From contig JAHRAL010000077.1 in assembly GCA_020027325.1 (NCBI GenBank), positions 15,102 through 39,101 of the forward strand: 24,000 bases of DNA, written 5' to 3'. A program made the position numbers and the translations under genes. Numbering within the stretch: the first letter of the stretch is position 1; every line of letters starts with the position of its first letter. Below the pieces are notes generated by a model that worked only from the letters and a program-made list of their open reading frames with translations, was not told where the DNA came from and searched no databases. This document shows, one piece after another, positions 16,152-23,850 of the stretch. This DNA is from Cenarchaeum sp. (lineage in GTDB: Archaea; Thermoproteota; Nitrososphaeria; Nitrososphaerales; Nitrosopumilaceae).

Positions 16152-16311
16152 TCGAGGTAATGTCCTGGCCGCCCTTTATCAGGGAGATTTCGTGCCGGGC
16201 TATCTTGCTGCGCACCGCGCCCTTTAGGCGGTCAATCTCTGTGCGCAGGAGGGCCACTTCGTCCTCTAGCCGCGCAACGCGATCATAGACTGTCTCAGAA
16301 GGGTTGCTCAT
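16141..16311 (-). CDS. Small coiled-coil protein (56 aa), not in the ORF track
   Basis: Manual translation gives MSNPSETVYDRVARLEDEVALLRTEIDRLKGAVRSKIARHEISLIKGGQDITSIID*. It shows heptad-like Leu spacing. A TATA-like box at 16339-16345 lies about 31 nt upstream. GC-rich third codon positions match the host genes. Confidence 0.4.
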   Translation of the reverse strand: MSNPSETVYDRVARLEDEVALLRTEIDRLKGAVRSKIARHEISLIKGGQDITSIID

Positions 16312-16338
16312 TGCAGAAACACGTTTTGCAAAATTTAC

Positions 16339-16345
16339 TTAAAAA
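16339..16345 (-). promoter_or_regulatory. TATA-like box for the 56-aa ORF
   Basis: Minus-strand TTTTTAA, about 31 nt upstream of ATG 16311. Confidence 0.35.
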
Positions 16346-16387
16346 CGTATGGTTTTGTCGTGTGCGCACGCGCAGGGCGCCTGCGGC

Positions 16388-16561
16388 TCAGAGCTCAAAC
16401 TCTTTGTTGCACGCCGGACATTTTGCCCGCTCCTCGCCGGGCGGGCCGATTATGTATATCCGGCCTATGGTCTTGCACTCGCGGCACATTCCCGTAGTTA
16501 CGTTGCGCGAGCTGGTCCTGACTATCTTTTGGCTCTTGCGTCGGCCCATTATAGCGCGCAT
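16388..16561 (-). CDS. Zinc-ribbon protein, probable transcription elongation factor Elf1 homolog
   Basis: '(MRAI)MGRRKSQKIV...CRECKT-x16-CPACN' has the basic MGRRKS N-terminus and a C-x2-C-x18-C-x2-C ribbon like eukaryotic and TACK-archaeal Elf1. The start is ATG 16561 or ATG 16549. The track ORF extension to 16681 runs into the tRNA and is rejected. Confidence 0.55.
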   Translation of the reverse strand: MRAIMGRRKSQKIVRTSSRNVTTGMCRECKTIGRIYIIGPPGEERAKCPACNKEFEL

Positions 16562-16620
16562 ATTGGGCGGGCGCACTATTAAGTCTAATCGAGGCGAGGC
16601 CCCCCGGGTCTTTGGGTGTA

Positions 16621-16707
16621 TGGCGCGGAGAGAGGGATTTGAACCCTCGTGCTCTTGCGAGCATGGGATTAGCAATCCCACGCCCTACCAGGCTAGGCGA
16701 TCTCCGC
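16621..16707 (-). tRNA. tRNA-Ser (anticodon GCU), CCA encoded
   Basis: Hand-folded cloverleaf. The acceptor pairs GCGGAGA with TCTCCGC, and the D arm pairs GCCT with GGGC. The anticodon stem pairs TGGGA with TCCCA, with loop TTGCTAA. There is a long variable arm TGCTCGCAAGAGCAC. The T arm is GAGGG-TTCAAAT-CCCTC, followed by discriminator G and CCA. Confidence 0.9.
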
Positions 16708-16733
16708 ACACGCGCAACGGCTACACATGTTTG

Positions 16734-16744
16734 TATTAAATTAA
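16734..16744 (-). promoter_or_regulatory. TATA-like box for tRNA-Ser
   Basis: Minus-strand TTAATTTAATA, centred about 32 nt upstream of the tRNA 5' end. Confidence 0.4.
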
Positions 16745-16780
16745 CGGTGAATCCAATTGCAAGATCTTGATCCGCATCAA

Positions 16781-18019
16781 TCAGGACCCGAGTATCTGGC
16801 GAGCACGCGCCTCTGAAATGTCGGACTCGCGGATCATCTGCTCGGCAATATCGGATGCCTGCCCGAGTGTGGCGCCGGCGGCAATGGCCAGGTTCTTGGC
16901 ATGCAGCCTCATGTGGCCTGCCTGGATTCCCGTAGTGACGAGCGCATGCATTGCCGCATAGTTTTGCGCAAGGCCCGCAGAACCGATGATGCACGCAAGG
17001 CCCGATGCGGACGTCGCATGCATGATCTTTGCGCAGACGCGCACGGTTGGGTGTATCTTTGATATCCCGCCCACGGTTCCGACTCCAAGCGGGACCTCGA
17101 GCGATCCCGCAAGATTCCCGTCGGCGTTTTTTGACCATGCGGTCAGCGACGAGTACGACCCGCCCCTTGATGCGTATGCGTGTGCGGCGGCCTCTATTGC
17201 GCGGACGTCCTGGCCCATGGCAGAAGCTACTGCGACTATGCCGTTCATTATCCCCTTGTTGTGCGTGACTGCCCTGTACGTGTCGTGCTTTGCAAGCTGG
17301 TATGCAAGGAGCATGTCATCGACGGTGCTCGCATCGTTTCCCCGGAACGTGGCAGTGACCCTGACGGTCCTCTGCTCTGAATAGTTTGACAGTATACGCA
17401 GCAGCACGCGCCCGCCTGTCAGCTCTTCGACTATTGGGGCTGCGGCCTCGCACATTGAATTGGTAATGTTTGCACCCATTGCCTCGCCCGAATCCACAAC
17501 GAGCTCTACTACCAGCTGTTCGCCGTCATCGGCAGTGATGCGGCGGCACGAGACTGACCTGGCGCCGCGGCCCATCGCGGCCAGCGTGCGGCTCTTTGCG
17601 TTTGCCGCATCGAGTATGCGCTGCGTGCCGGCTGCAACCCTCGACTCTGCATCGCCGGCAACGGCGCCCACGACCTGGATCTGGCCAATGACGTGCGGCG
17701 CGCCGGCCTCTGCGACAAACCCGCCTGCGGCGCGTGCGGCTTTTGCACCCTTTGACGCAGCGGCAACGACTGAGGACTCTTCGATGACCATCGGGACCAG
17801 GACATCAGAGCCGTTGACTACAAAGTTGGTTGCAATTCCAAGCGGCGAGGAGAACGTGCCAACGGCGTTCTCGATCATCGCGTCTGCCTCGCCAAACGTT
17901 ATCCCCCCCGCACTCTCTAGTGTCGCAATGTCTTCATCGTCAAGACCCGCGGCAGCTCGGAGCGCATCGAGCCGGCCCCTCCGATCCTTTTGATAAAATG
18001 CCGGAATTGATGATCCCAT
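16781..18019 (-). CDS. hmgA: 3-hydroxy-3-methylglutaryl-CoA reductase (class II-type sequence)
   Basis: 'ENAVGTFSSPLGIATNFVVNGSDVLVPMVIEESSVVAAASKGAK', 'DAMGANI' and 'GTVGG' fit. The N-terminal block resembles class II (Pseudomonas mevalonii / Staphylococcus type) enzymes from memory. Confidence 0.92.
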   Translation of the reverse strand: MGSSIPAFYQKDRRGRLDALRAAAGLDDEDIATLESAGGITFGEADAMIENAVGTFSSPLGIATNFVVNGSDVLVPMVIEESSVVAAASKGAKAARAAGGFVAEAGAPHVIGQIQVVGAVAGDAESRVAAGTQRILDAANAKSRTLAAMGRGARSVSCRRITADDGEQLVVELVVDSGEAMGANITNSMCEAAAPIVEELTGGRVLLRILSNYSEQRTVRVTATFRGNDASTVDDMLLAYQLAKHDTYRAVTHNKGIMNGIVAVASAMGQDVRAIEAAAHAYASRGGSYSSLTAWSKNADGNLAGSLEVPLGVGTVGGISKIHPTVRVCAKIMHATSASGLACIIGSAGLAQNYAAMHALVTTGIQAGHMRLHAKNLAIAAGATLGQASDIAEQMIRESDISEARARQILGS

Positions 18020-18021
18020 GC

Positions 18022-19110
18022 CTATCTCAACACCTGCAAGAGCCTGTCATCTCCGGGGCCGCCAAACCCGCGGTTGTCCGTGTTTGACGTTATTGCGTAT
18101 ATCGAGCCGTCAGGCGATACTGTGACATCGCGTATGCGCCCAAGGCCGCCGAGGACAATGTCCTGCGAGCCGGACTCGGGATCGAGTGCGTATATCCCGT
18201 GGGCGCGCAGCGATGCGACTATCAGGCTGCCGTCCCGTGCAAGCACGCCGCCGGGGTATGACGCAATGCCTCCGAATCCCAGGCCCGGATCAAAGCACAT
18301 GACAGCACCCGTATGCTTGGCTCCAGAGCACTGCTCATCGGGCCAGCCATAGTTTGCACCGGCCTCTATGATGTTTATCTCGTCGTTCTTTGTCGAGCCC
18401 GCATCTGCCACGACGAGTCGGCCGTCGGCATCCCAGTCCATCCCCACGGGATCATGGAGGCCCGAGGCGTATATCGCAGAGCCCGGCACGGGGTTGTCTC
18501 TGGGTATTGTTCCGTCGTCATTGATGCGGAGTATCTTGCCTGCAAGCGAGTCTGCGTCCTGTGAGAGGCGCGATGTTTCGGACGTCGCACCCGTTCCAAC
18601 GTAGAGCTTGCCGTCGGGGCCAAACGCGATTGCGCCTCCGTTGCTAAAGTCGGCGCCGGGTATGCTGTCTAGTATCGTGATGATGTCTTCAGCACGCGAG
18701 CCGTTAATGTGTATCTCCATGACGCGGTTCCAGAGCTGGCCGCCCTCGTGGTATGTCATGTATGCATAAAGCGCCTGCCGGTGATCAAAGTCTGGGTGGA
18801 GCGCGATTCCGACCAGCCCCCCGTCGTGGGCGTCTGCTGCGCGGAGGGTGACTAGCGGAGTCTCCAAAAGGACGCCTTCATCGAGGACGAGGATCATGCC
18901 CGACTTTAGTGCGACAAATACCTGCGGGCCATATACCGCAATGGCCCGGGGCTCGTCAAGATCGCTTGCCAGTACTGCCACTGCGTCGTTGCCGGCATCC
19001 AGCGATGTCGACGGCTCTGGGAGCTGTATTCCGGGCGACGGCGAGGTCAGTATGACTATGGATACAATGACGGCGCCGGCAATCCCGGCTATTCTTAATC
19101 GCGTGTCCAC
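18022..19110 (-). CDS. Membrane-anchored or secreted PQQ-type glucose/sorbosone dehydrogenase-like beta-propeller
   Basis: There is an N-terminal hydrophobic anchor 'IAGIAGAVIVSIVILT'. 'GGAIAFGPDGKLYVGTG', 'GKILRINDDGTIPRDNP' and 'DEINIIEAGANYGWP' are GSDH-family motifs. It starts at GTG 19110, and its stop lies 2 nt upstream of the hmgA ATG. Confidence 0.8.
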   Translation of the reverse strand: MDTRLRIAGIAGAVIVSIVILTSPSPGIQLPEPSTSLDAGNDAVAVLASDLDEPRAIAVYGPQVFVALKSGMILVLDEGVLLETPLVTLRAADAHDGGLVGIALHPDFDHRQALYAYMTYHEGGQLWNRVMEIHINGSRAEDIITILDSIPGADFSNGGAIAFGPDGKLYVGTGATSETSRLSQDADSLAGKILRINDDGTIPRDNPVPGSAIYASGLHDPVGMDWDADGRLVVADAGSTKNDEINIIEAGANYGWPDEQCSGAKHTGAVMCFDPGLGFGGIASYPGGVLARDGSLIVASLRAHGIYALDPESGSQDIVLGGLGRIRDVTVSPDGSIYAITSNTDNRGFGGPGDDRLLQVLR

Positions 19111-19132
19111 TGGGGCACCGCGCCATGCGCTT

Positions 19133-19142
19133 TACTATTAAT
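19133..19142 (-). promoter_or_regulatory. TATA-like box for the GSDH-hmgA operon
   Basis: Minus-strand ATTAATAGTA, about 28 nt upstream of GTG 19110. Confidence 0.4.
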
Positions 19143-19251
19143 CTGACCATGCGCCGGCGAATCATGCCGAATTAATATAGGGCTTTTTTTCAAATTATGG
19201 CATGAACGGCTGCGTATCCGGATTCAAGGGCGCGTTTGGGGCAAGAGTGCG

Positions 19252-20316
19252 TTGAGTGCAAAGCGCGACTATTACGAGGTGCTCGGGGTGGCAAAGGATG
19301 CAGGCGCCTCTGAGATAAAGTCCCAGTACAGAAAGCTGGCACTAAAGTTCCATCCTGACCGGAACAAGTCCGAAGACGCCGGCGAGCATTTCAAAGAGAT
19401 ATCAGAGGCATACGCCGTCCTCTCTGATGAAAAAAAGCGCTCAATGTATGATGCGCACGGGCATGCCGGAATCGACGAAAAGTACAGCGCAGAGGACATC
19501 TTTGGCGGTGCCGGGTTCAGCATGGGCGGCGGCGGGTTTGGCATGGGCGGCTCGATATTTGAGACCCTCTTTGGGAGCTCGGGCTTTGGCGGATCTGGCC
19601 CCGGCAGGCAGGGGCGCGACATGCTGTATGATCTCGAGCTAACATATTCGGACATTTTGCACGGCAAGGACGTCGAGATCGACATCCAAAAGGACGTCGC
19701 ATGCAGCGGGTGCGGCGGGAACGGGGGAACACGCAAGCAGTGCAGTGCGTGCGGCGGAAGCGGGCGCATAAGGCAGTCAAGGCAGTCAGGATTCGCATCG
19801 TTTGTCACAATGTACCCGTGCAGGGAGTGCGGGGGCGCCGGCGACACAATTACAGACAGGTGCAAGAAATGCTCGGGCAGCGGCAAGCAGGGCGGAGTGC
19901 ACCACATCAGCAGAAAGATCCCGCCCGGAATTACAGAGGGGGATTATGCAGTATCAGGCGAAGGCGAGTATGTGCCCGGCGGCCAGAACGGCGACCTGAT
20001 ACTGCGAATACGGATTCTTGACACCCAGGGCTTTACGAGGGACGGCGCAGACCTCATCTGTGAAAAGAGGATCAGCGTGACTGATGCCATTTTGGGGTGC
20101 AAGATCGAGGTTCCGATGATAGAGGGGGCAAAGACGGTAAACGTCCCCTCTGGAAGCCAGTTCGGCGACGTGATTACGATCAGCAGGCACGGCCTTCCAA
20201 GCGACAGCTGGCGCGGGAGGGGTGACATTTTGGTAAGGCTGCTAGTCGACATCCCGCGCAAGCTCTCAAAGGAGCAAAAACGCATGGTCGAAAAACTCCG
20301 CGACTCGTCGTCCTAG
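19252..20316 (+). CDS. dnaJ: Chaperone DnaJ (type I, with Gly-rich linker and four CxxCxGxG repeats)
   Basis: The J domain is 'DYYEVLGV...[11 protein letters not shown]'. The G/F region is '[16 protein letters not shown]'. The repeats are [24 protein letters not shown] and CKKCSGSG. It uses a TTG start at 19252. Confidence 0.93.
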   Translation: MSAKRDYYEVLGVAKDAGASEIKSQYRKLALKFHPDRNKSEDAGEHFKEISEAYAVLSDEKKRSMYDAHGHAGIDEKYSAEDIFGGAGFSMGGGGFGMGGSIFETLFGSSGFGGSGPGRQGRDMLYDLELTYSDILHGKDVEIDIQKDVACSGCGGNGGTRKQCSACGGSGRIRQSRQSGFASFVTMYPCRECGGAGDTITDRCKKCSGSGKQGGVHHISRKIPPGITEGDYAVSGEGEYVPGGQNGDLILRIRILDTQGFTRDGADLICEKRISVTDAILGCKIEVPMIEGAKTVNVPSGSQFGDVITISRHGLPSDSWRGRGDILVRLLVDIPRKLSKEQKRMVEKLRDSSS

Positions 20317-20486
20317 TCACGGCGCTCAAGCAGGAGCTCAATCTCGTGGCCCTCGCGGACGTGGGGGCGGTGGTGCGACTGTATCACCTCGCCGATGCGC
20401 TCGTCAGTAAAGTACTTGCGGTTGTACCGGCCCAGCACCTGCTTGCATTCGTTGCAGTATATGATCCGGTACTCTGTGGACACCAC
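20313..20486 (-). CDS. Small hypothetical protein (57 aa) with CxxC and a His-rich segment, not in the ORF track
   Basis: Manual translation from GTG 20486 gives (M)[61 protein letters not shown]-like box at 20510-20516 lies about 27 nt upstream. Its stop shares a CTAG with the dnaJ stop. Confidence 0.3.
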   Translation of the reverse strand: MVSTEYRIIYCNECKQVLGRYNRKYFTDERIGEVIQSHHRPHVREGHEIELLLERRD

Positions 20487-20509
20487 TCCGGCCCCGGCGC
20501 GGACTGGCG

Positions 20510-20516
20510 TTAAAAA
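20510..20516 (-). promoter_or_regulatory. TATA-like box (candidate promoter of the 57-aa ORF; could also serve tRNA-Leu in the other orientation)
   Basis: TTAAAAA lies 27 nt from GTG 20486 and about 36 nt from the tRNA-Leu 5' end. Confidence 0.3.
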
Positions 20517-20548
20517 CGCACTTATTCTAGACTTGCCCGTGCGCCGTT

Positions 20549-20636
20549 GCGGGAGTCGCCCAGCCCGGTCAACGGCGTAAGGTTCAGGTCCTTATCTCTT
20601 AGGAGTTCGTGGGTTCAAATCCCACCTTCCGCACCA
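20549..20636 (+). tRNA. tRNA-Leu (anticodon CAG), CCA encoded
   Basis: Hand-folded cloverleaf. The acceptor pairs GCGGGAG with CTTCCGC (one G-T pair), and the 3-bp D stem pairs GCC with GGC. The anticodon stem pairs TAAGG with CCTTA, with loop TTCAGGT. There is a long variable arm TCTCTTAGGAGTTC. The T arm is GTGGG-TTCAAAT-CCCAC, followed by discriminator A and CCA. Confidence 0.9.
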
Positions 20637-20661
20637 CTCCTCCTGTACGATATCACGCTTG

Positions 20662-20669
20662 TTTTATTA
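20662..20669 (+). promoter_or_regulatory. TATA-like box for the 20692 operon
   Basis: TTTTATTA, about 26 nt upstream of ATG 20692. Confidence 0.4.
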
Positions 20670-20691
20670 CCATGTGGGGCAGACGCGGCGC

Positions 20692-20922
20692 ATGAAACAG
20701 CCCGGGGGTTCTGGCCTCAAGACAAGCGAGCTGCTCTACAAGGGCTCGATAATCGGCATGGTAGTCACCCTCCCATCACTTGCAACATTCATGCTCGTGT
20801 GGCACTTTGCAGACGACCTGATCGTCGCAGCAGTGGCAAGCGCCATAGTGTACGCCGTCTCAATGGTCGCATCGTTTAAGATTGCAAAAGTCATAAGCGC
20901 AAAGCACGCCCCCAAGGAATAG
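20692..20922 (+). CDS. Small membrane protein (76 aa, two hydrophobic helices)
   Basis: 'GSIIGMVVTLPSLATFMLVW' and 'LIVAAVASAIVYAVSMVASF' are hydrophobic spans. ATG 20692 was chosen from the TATA spacing. Confidence 0.5.
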   Translation: MKQPGGSGLKTSELLYKGSIIGMVVTLPSLATFMLVWHFADDLIVAAVASAIVYAVSMVASFKIAKVISAKHAPKE

Positions 20923-21312
20923 TTGGGCGGCGTGGACCAGCACAAAGACATTGCCGGGGTCTTGACAAGGGAGGTCGGACTTAGCGACGAGCAGGCAAGG
21001 CTCTACGTGCTCATCGCCACAAGCGGCGCAATGAGCGCATCAGAGGCCGCAGCAAGGCTTGGAATCGGCGATGCTGCTGCGCGGGAATCAGCAGACCGCC
21101 TGGTCGCACTAGGCGGGTTTATCGACTATGGCGAGGGGAGGTACGAGTCGATGCATCCGCGGTTTTCGTCTGTAAACATGTACCGGAGATCGTGCCAGGA
21201 ACGCGGGCAGACGCCGGGGCAGAACTTTGCCATAGACAATGTGGGCTCGGCACTCGAGAGGGACTATGACCGTGCAAGAACTAAATACAACAAAACAAAA
21301 GGCGGCAAATGA
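20923..21312 (+). CDS. TrmB-like winged-helix transcriptional regulator (short form)
   Basis: 'VGLSDEQARLYVLIATSGAMSASEAAARLGIGDAAARESADRLVALGGFID' follows the TrmB N-terminal HTH pattern (LGLS..EA.VY..L...G..TA.EIA...G). A TTG start lies directly after the upstream stop. Confidence 0.55.
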   Translation: MGGVDQHKDIAGVLTREVGLSDEQARLYVLIATSGAMSASEAAARLGIGDAAARESADRLVALGGFIDYGEGRYESMHPRFSSVNMYRRSCQERGQTPGQNFAIDNVGSALERDYDRARTKYNKTKGGK

Positions 21313-21731
21313 TGTCCAGCGATGCCGACTCGTGCAAGCACCAGCCCGTCTATTACGGCGTGATCAACATCAACATCGATGAGAGGACCATTGGTTCCAT
21401 AGACGTCTGGCGCTGCCCGGCGTGCACGACCCGCTTTTGCGAGGAAAAGCGGCTTGGAATCGAGTCAATAACTGACACGATCGGAATGCCAAAGATAGCA
21501 CAGAATGAAAAGTGGGGCGTGGTCGTGTGCAAGCTCCAAAAAGGCCAGGACAAGTGGAAGCTGGTAAGGATGCCAGAGTCCGGCGCCGTCCAGCACGAGT
21601 GCCTCGAAGAAAAGGTCATCCGCCTCGATGTCGAGTCCTACAAGGCAGACGACGGGCAGCACTGGAGCTTTCTGGTCGATGACCACGTCAATCAGGCCGT
21701 CGAAATATCGGGTCGTGGAATTGAACATTAG
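21309..21731 (+). CDS. Hypothetical protein (140 aa) with a CxxC-containing Cys cluster
   Basis: ATGA overlap with the regulator gene. It contains 'WRCPACTTRFC'. No family recognised. Confidence 0.55.
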   Translation: MMSSDADSCKHQPVYYGVININIDERTIGSIDVWRCPACTTRFCEEKRLGIESITDTIGMPKIAQNEKWGVVVCKLQKGQDKWKLVRMPESGAVQHECLEEKVIRLDVESYKADDGQHWSFLVDDHVNQAVEISGRGIEH

Positions 21732-22005
21732 CGTCCATGTGGATGCCGTGGACGGCACGCAGATGGCCGCAAAGATAACGGGGACGTTTGGCCTTGACGG
21801 CGCAAGATACCCGTTTACTGCAATAGCGTTTGGAAGAATCGGCGGGCAGAACATTGGTGCCACGCTTGATGACGGCGTACAGGCAAAGCTGCGCAGCGCG
21901 GGCCACGACCCAGAAGACGTTGCAATGGAGATCCAGCGGCGGCTACTGAGGGGCGAGATGAGCATACCGGAGAATCTCAAAAAAGAGAGTTTTCTAGACG
22001 ACTAG
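21679..22005 (+). CDS. Hypothetical protein; start uncertain (21628/21679 ATG, 21715/21739 GTG, 21763 ATG)
   Basis: The ORF is in the +1 frame relative to 21309-21731 and overlaps it by up to 104 nt. It ends in a CTAG shared with the mtnP stop. Confidence 0.4.
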   Translation: MTTSIRPSKYRVVELNISVHVDAVDGTQMAAKITGTFGLDGARYPFTAIAFGRIGGQNIGATLDDGVQAKLRSAGHDPEDVAMEIQRRLLRGEMSIPENLKKESFLDD

Positions 22006-22796
22006 AGCGAGGCGTCTTTGAGCGCAGACTGGCACGCGCACTGTGCCGACTCGGGCGTGTCTTGTATGATGCCGGCTAGCATCTTGCGCATCGACTCGAC
22101 GTTGGAGGAGACCAGCTGCCTTACCTCGCTTGCATTGACCGGCTTGTCTGCCCACACGTCATAGTCTGTGACCATTGAGACGGACGCGTAGCAGATTTCT
22201 GCCTCGCGTGCAAGCTGGCACTCTGGGACAAGCGTCATGCCGATAATGTGCGCGCCCCATCCGCGGAAGAGCTTGGACTCTGCACGAGTGGAGAATCTGG
22301 GCCCCTCAATGCACACATACGTACAGTCCTCGTGCAGCTTTTTGCCCTGCTTGCGTGCGGCATCGATTGTGCACTTTTGCATCTCGGGGCAGAACGGGTC
22401 TGCTACCGATATGTGGATGATCCTGCCGTCCTCTGAAAACGATCCCCGGCGCGTCTTTGTAAAGTCGATGAATTGCGACGGCAGTGCAAAGTCGCCGGGT
22501 GCGATCCCCTCCTGGAGGCTGCCCACCGCGGACGGGGCTATGATGCGTTTTACGCCTAGCTGCCCGAGTGCGTCAATGTTTGCGCAATAGTTGATCATGT
22601 GCGGCAGTATGCGGTGGCCGCGCCCGTGGCGTGGAAGGAACGCAACCCTGCGCCCCATAAATTCGCCTATCGTTATCTTGTCCGAGGGCGCGCCGTACTT
22701 TGTATCAATAGAGACCTCGGAGACGTCATCGAGGAGCTGCGCGTCATACATTCCGGTGCCGCCAATGACTGCAATCTCTGCATGCTCGCCGTCCAT
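22002..22796 (-). CDS. mtnP: S-methyl-5'-thioadenosine phosphorylase
   Basis: '[10 protein letters not shown]', '[44 protein letters not shown]' and '[28 protein letters not shown]' are MTAP motifs. ATG 22796 overlaps the apt stop by 1 nt (TGATG). The track extension to 22961 is rejected. Confidence 0.9.
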   Translation of the reverse strand: MDGEHAEIAVIGGTGMYDAQLLDDVSEVSIDTKYGAPSDKITIGEFMGRRVAFLPRHGRGHRILPHMINYCANIDALGQLGVKRIIAPSAVGSLQEGIAPGDFALPSQFIDFTKTRRGSFSEDGRIIHISVADPFCPEMQKCTIDAARKQGKKLHEDCTYVCIEGPRFSTRAESKLFRGWGAHIIGMTLVPECQLAREAEICYASVSMVTDYDVWADKPVNASEVRQLVSSNVESMRKMLAGIIQDTPESAQCACQSALKDASL

Positions 22797-23308
22797 CAGT
22801 ACCTGACCAGCGCCTTTGTGTTGTATTTGGATATTTTCTTTATTCCCCCAAGGCCGGTGAGCTCGATGATTATTGCAAAGCCGGCAACCCGGGCACCGGC
22901 GCCTTCGACCAGCTTTGCTGCGGCCTTTGCAGTCCCGCCCGTGGCAAGAAGGTCGTCGCATATCAGGACGCGCTGGCCCTTTTTGAGCGAGCCGGACTGG
23001 ATCTCTATCGTGTCCTTTCCGTACTCTATCGTGTATGACACGCTGGCAGTCTTGCCTGGGAGCTTGCCCTTTTTTCTGATCATTACCATCCCCTTGTCCA
23101 TCCGTGCTGCAAGCGCCGCTGCCACGACGAATCCACGCGACTCGATGCCGGCAAGCATGTCGACGTCGCGGGGGTTGAAATGGCGCACAAACCCGTCGAC
23201 TGCAAGCGACATTGCGTGCGGATCGCGCAGGATCGGCCCAAAGTCCCTAAAGAGAATCCCCTTTTTTGGAAAATCCGGATACGAGTCTATGCGTTCTTCT
23301 AGATGCAC
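22796..23308 (-). CDS. apt: Adenine phosphoribosyltransferase
   Basis: '[18 protein letters not shown]', 'LAGIESRGF' and the PRPP loop '[17 protein letters not shown]' match the family. Confidence 0.92.
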   Translation of the reverse strand: MHLEERIDSYPDFPKKGILFRDFGPILRDPHAMSLAVDGFVRHFNPRDVDMLAGIESRGFVVAAALAARMDKGMVMIRKKGKLPGKTASVSYTIEYGKDTIEIQSGSLKKGQRVLICDDLLATGGTAKAAAKLVEGAGARVAGFAIIIELTGLGGIKKISKYNTKALVRY

Positions 23309-23332
23309 GATAGGCCCACGGTGACAGCCCCG

Positions 23333-23340
23333 TAAAAATA
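23333..23340 (-). promoter_or_regulatory. TATA-like box for apt-mtnP
   Basis: Minus-strand TATTTTTA, about 29 nt upstream of ATG 23308. Confidence 0.4.
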
Positions 23341-23437
23341 GTTTGCCACATCTGCGCCGGTTCCGGCGTCTGCCGCAGTTTAGGGTTCCAGACCCGCAAG
23401 ACTCGGTCAGTCAAATTGTGCGATCTTTTTGTCAAAG

Positions 23438-23446
23438 TTATAAATA
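23438..23446 (+). promoter_or_regulatory. TATA-like box for the 23470 ORF
   Basis: TTATAAATA, about 28 nt upstream of ATG 23470. Confidence 0.4.
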
Positions 23447-23469
23447 GTGGTATGAATAATTACATAACA

Positions 23470-23703
23470 ATGGAAGTTGATATAGAAACACTGGTAAGGG
23501 ATACAGCAAAAGAATACGATTATTTGGAAAATAATATGAAAAAACTCGAAAAATATGCCGGCAAGTGGGTAGCCGTACTAGATGAAAAGGTCGTCTGTAG
23601 TGGCAAGGATTTTGCCAAAGTTATGAATTCGGTTGAAAAATCACATCCTGGCAGAATCCCGGTGGTTATGAAGATTTTTGAAAAGGACTTTGTGTGGGTG
23701 TAG
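23470..23703 (+). CDS. Small protein (77 aa), DUF5678-like ('KYAGKWVAVLDEKVV' motif)
   Basis: Low-GC ORF. The '...LEKYAGKWVAVLDEKVVCSGKDF..V...V' pattern resembles small archaeal DUF5678-type proteins from memory. The start at 23470 comes from the TATA spacing (the track start 23416 is TTG). Confidence 0.5.
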   Translation: MEVDIETLVRDTAKEYDYLENNMKKLEKYAGKWVAVLDEKVVCSGKDFAKVMNSVEKSHPGRIPVVMKIFEKDFVWV

Positions 23704-23705
23704 GT

Positions 23706-23801
23706 ATGAATTACGGACAAAAAGGCAGAAACGATGTCAGAATAAAATACGTTGTTAATCGTGCAAATATGATACAGGATACCACCTACTCGTGTTTATA
23801 G
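23706..23801 (+). pseudogene. Short 31-codon ORF directly downstream of the DUF5678-like gene, possibly the truncated 5' remnant of a partner gene
   Basis: ATG lies 3 nt after the upstream stop. The translation is MNYGQKGRNDVRIKYVVNRANMIQDTTYSCL*. It terminates about 50 nt before the transposase gene end. The truncation idea is inference only. Confidence 0.2.
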
Positions 23802-23850
23802 GCGTAGATTTGTAGGCGATTATAAAGGAGCCACCCCCAAGCAAATTCCA

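Noticed and set aside
16562-16681. Extension of the zinc-ribbon ORF to 97 aa.
   Set aside because: It runs through the tRNA-Ser gene and its T-arm. The protein signature starts at MGRRKS.
16621-16707. Possible intron in the 87-nt and 88-nt tRNAs.
   Set aside because: The extra length is fully explained by class II long variable arms (Ser, Leu) that fold into stems. There is no bulge-helix-bulge insertion next to the anticodon.
22797-22961. Upstream 55-codon extension of the mtnP ORF.
   Set aside because: It overlaps apt, is Arg/Cys-rich junk, and the conserved MTAP N-terminus ('[12 protein letters not shown]') begins right after ATG 22796.
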